A DNA stretch of 64,000 bases from Octopus sinensis (taxonomy: Eukaryota): positions 36,022,001 through 36,086,000 of the forward strand of contig NC_043005.1 in assembly GCF_006345805.1 (NCBI RefSeq). Reading direction: 5' to 3'. The notes under the pieces are model-generated. The model had not been told where the DNA came from and did no database searches. It saw nothing but the letters and a program-made list of their open reading frames with translations. Shown piece by piece: positions 63,166 to 64,000 of this stretch. Position numbers and translations under genes: made by a program. Within the stretch, counting starts at the first letter, position 1; each line of letters starts with the position of its first letter.

Positions 63166-63806
63166 TGAAGAAAGTGTAGTCAATAAATTATTGCTGATCT
63201 TATTCAATTATTACGTAAAACCAACGGCGAGAAACAGGAAATAACTGAAACGTCCGTATCGCGAACAACTGTGTGTTTACACGGTAAATTTTTCTTGTCA
63301 AGTTTCCTGAGAGGATATACAGTAGATGGCTGACAATAAATGTATGGAAGGACGAAGGTAAAGTGTTCAACACTCGCGGCGAAGAAGCTTGTTAGTGAGT
63401 GTGTGTGAAGACTAGTATCGGTGAAATATCGTCTGCAACCGACGGAAGGAAAGAACATTACTTGTTTTCTTAGGGATCGCCAACATATGCCTGGTTCAAA
63501 GTTGAATTAGACCACCGTGATTAAAAGTGAATCAAGTTTATCTAAGAGTCACCCGTGTTTCATTTTAGATAATGTTGAATTTCCGACAGGTTAAACAAAT
63601 GAATTTTAAATGGATCAGTTTGTTCTTCTTCCTTTATTAATGAGAAAACAGCATAGAGATTACCATGATTTGCATATTTATTCTTATGTTCCGGGAGATA
63701 TGAACATAAATACACTAACCACTGTTGTGTTTCGTCACAGGAGGAACTTTCTCCTATACGACGAATGAGTGTTTATGGCACACTCGATTCGTCAGAGCAA
63801 GGGACT

Positions 63807-63853
63807 CTTTGACGCCCGGTGTTTCGACATTACTGTGTCTCGTCAGCCAAAGG
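63807..63853 (-). ncRNA. Degenerate hammerhead motif
   Basis: CUUUGG-CUGACGA-GACA(CAGUAA)UGUC-GAAA-CACCGGGCGUC-AAAG; stem I appears to lack 2 nt. Confidence 0.5.
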
Positions 63854-64000
63854 CAACCTGGACCAATGAATAGAGATTACAACCACACAATTCTTCTGTC
63901 TTCACCTAAAATTTAAGACCATTTTGATTTTAGTCAACACTACGATGTTCTCCATCTTTTCTATTCTCATTCCTCCACAACAGAAAGTAGTGGTGATGGT

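Overview
AT-rich, microsatellite-dense eukaryotic DNA, most likely intergenic or intronic sequence of a cephalopod (Octopus-like; inferred from the tRNA-derived SINE families and repeat landscape). I can support no intact host protein-coding gene, and most ORF-track entries are microsatellite artefacts. The window is a mosaic of decayed mobile elements: R4/Dong-type LINEs ending in (TAA)n, RTE, L1/Tx1 and CR1-like LINEs, two Gypsy-type LTR remnants, a mariner, Helitron-like non-autonomous elements, MITEs, at least four SINE families and two Penelope-like (PLE, GIY-YIG) fragments. Structure not explained by the ORF track: (1) seven type I hammerhead ribozyme motifs with intact CUGAnGA/GAAA cores plus three degenerate ones, mostly inside inverted repeats flanked by (TA)n; three have 45-55 nt stem II extensions, and two unrelated ones share an inversion breakpoint at the loop-III AATT palindrome; (2) a PLE with an uninterrupted 444-codon ORF, long low-complexity insertions and a 3 x 236 bp tandem of its 3' end; (3) a frameshifted SDHA fragment; (4) a CpG-rich YY1/ETS/NRF1 motif cluster between 122-bp direct repeats; (5) a SINE tandem array joined at an 8-nt microhomology. 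PLE-associated hammerheads are a known class, so any novelty lies in the variants and geometry. All calls were made by eye; element boundaries are approximate unless stated.
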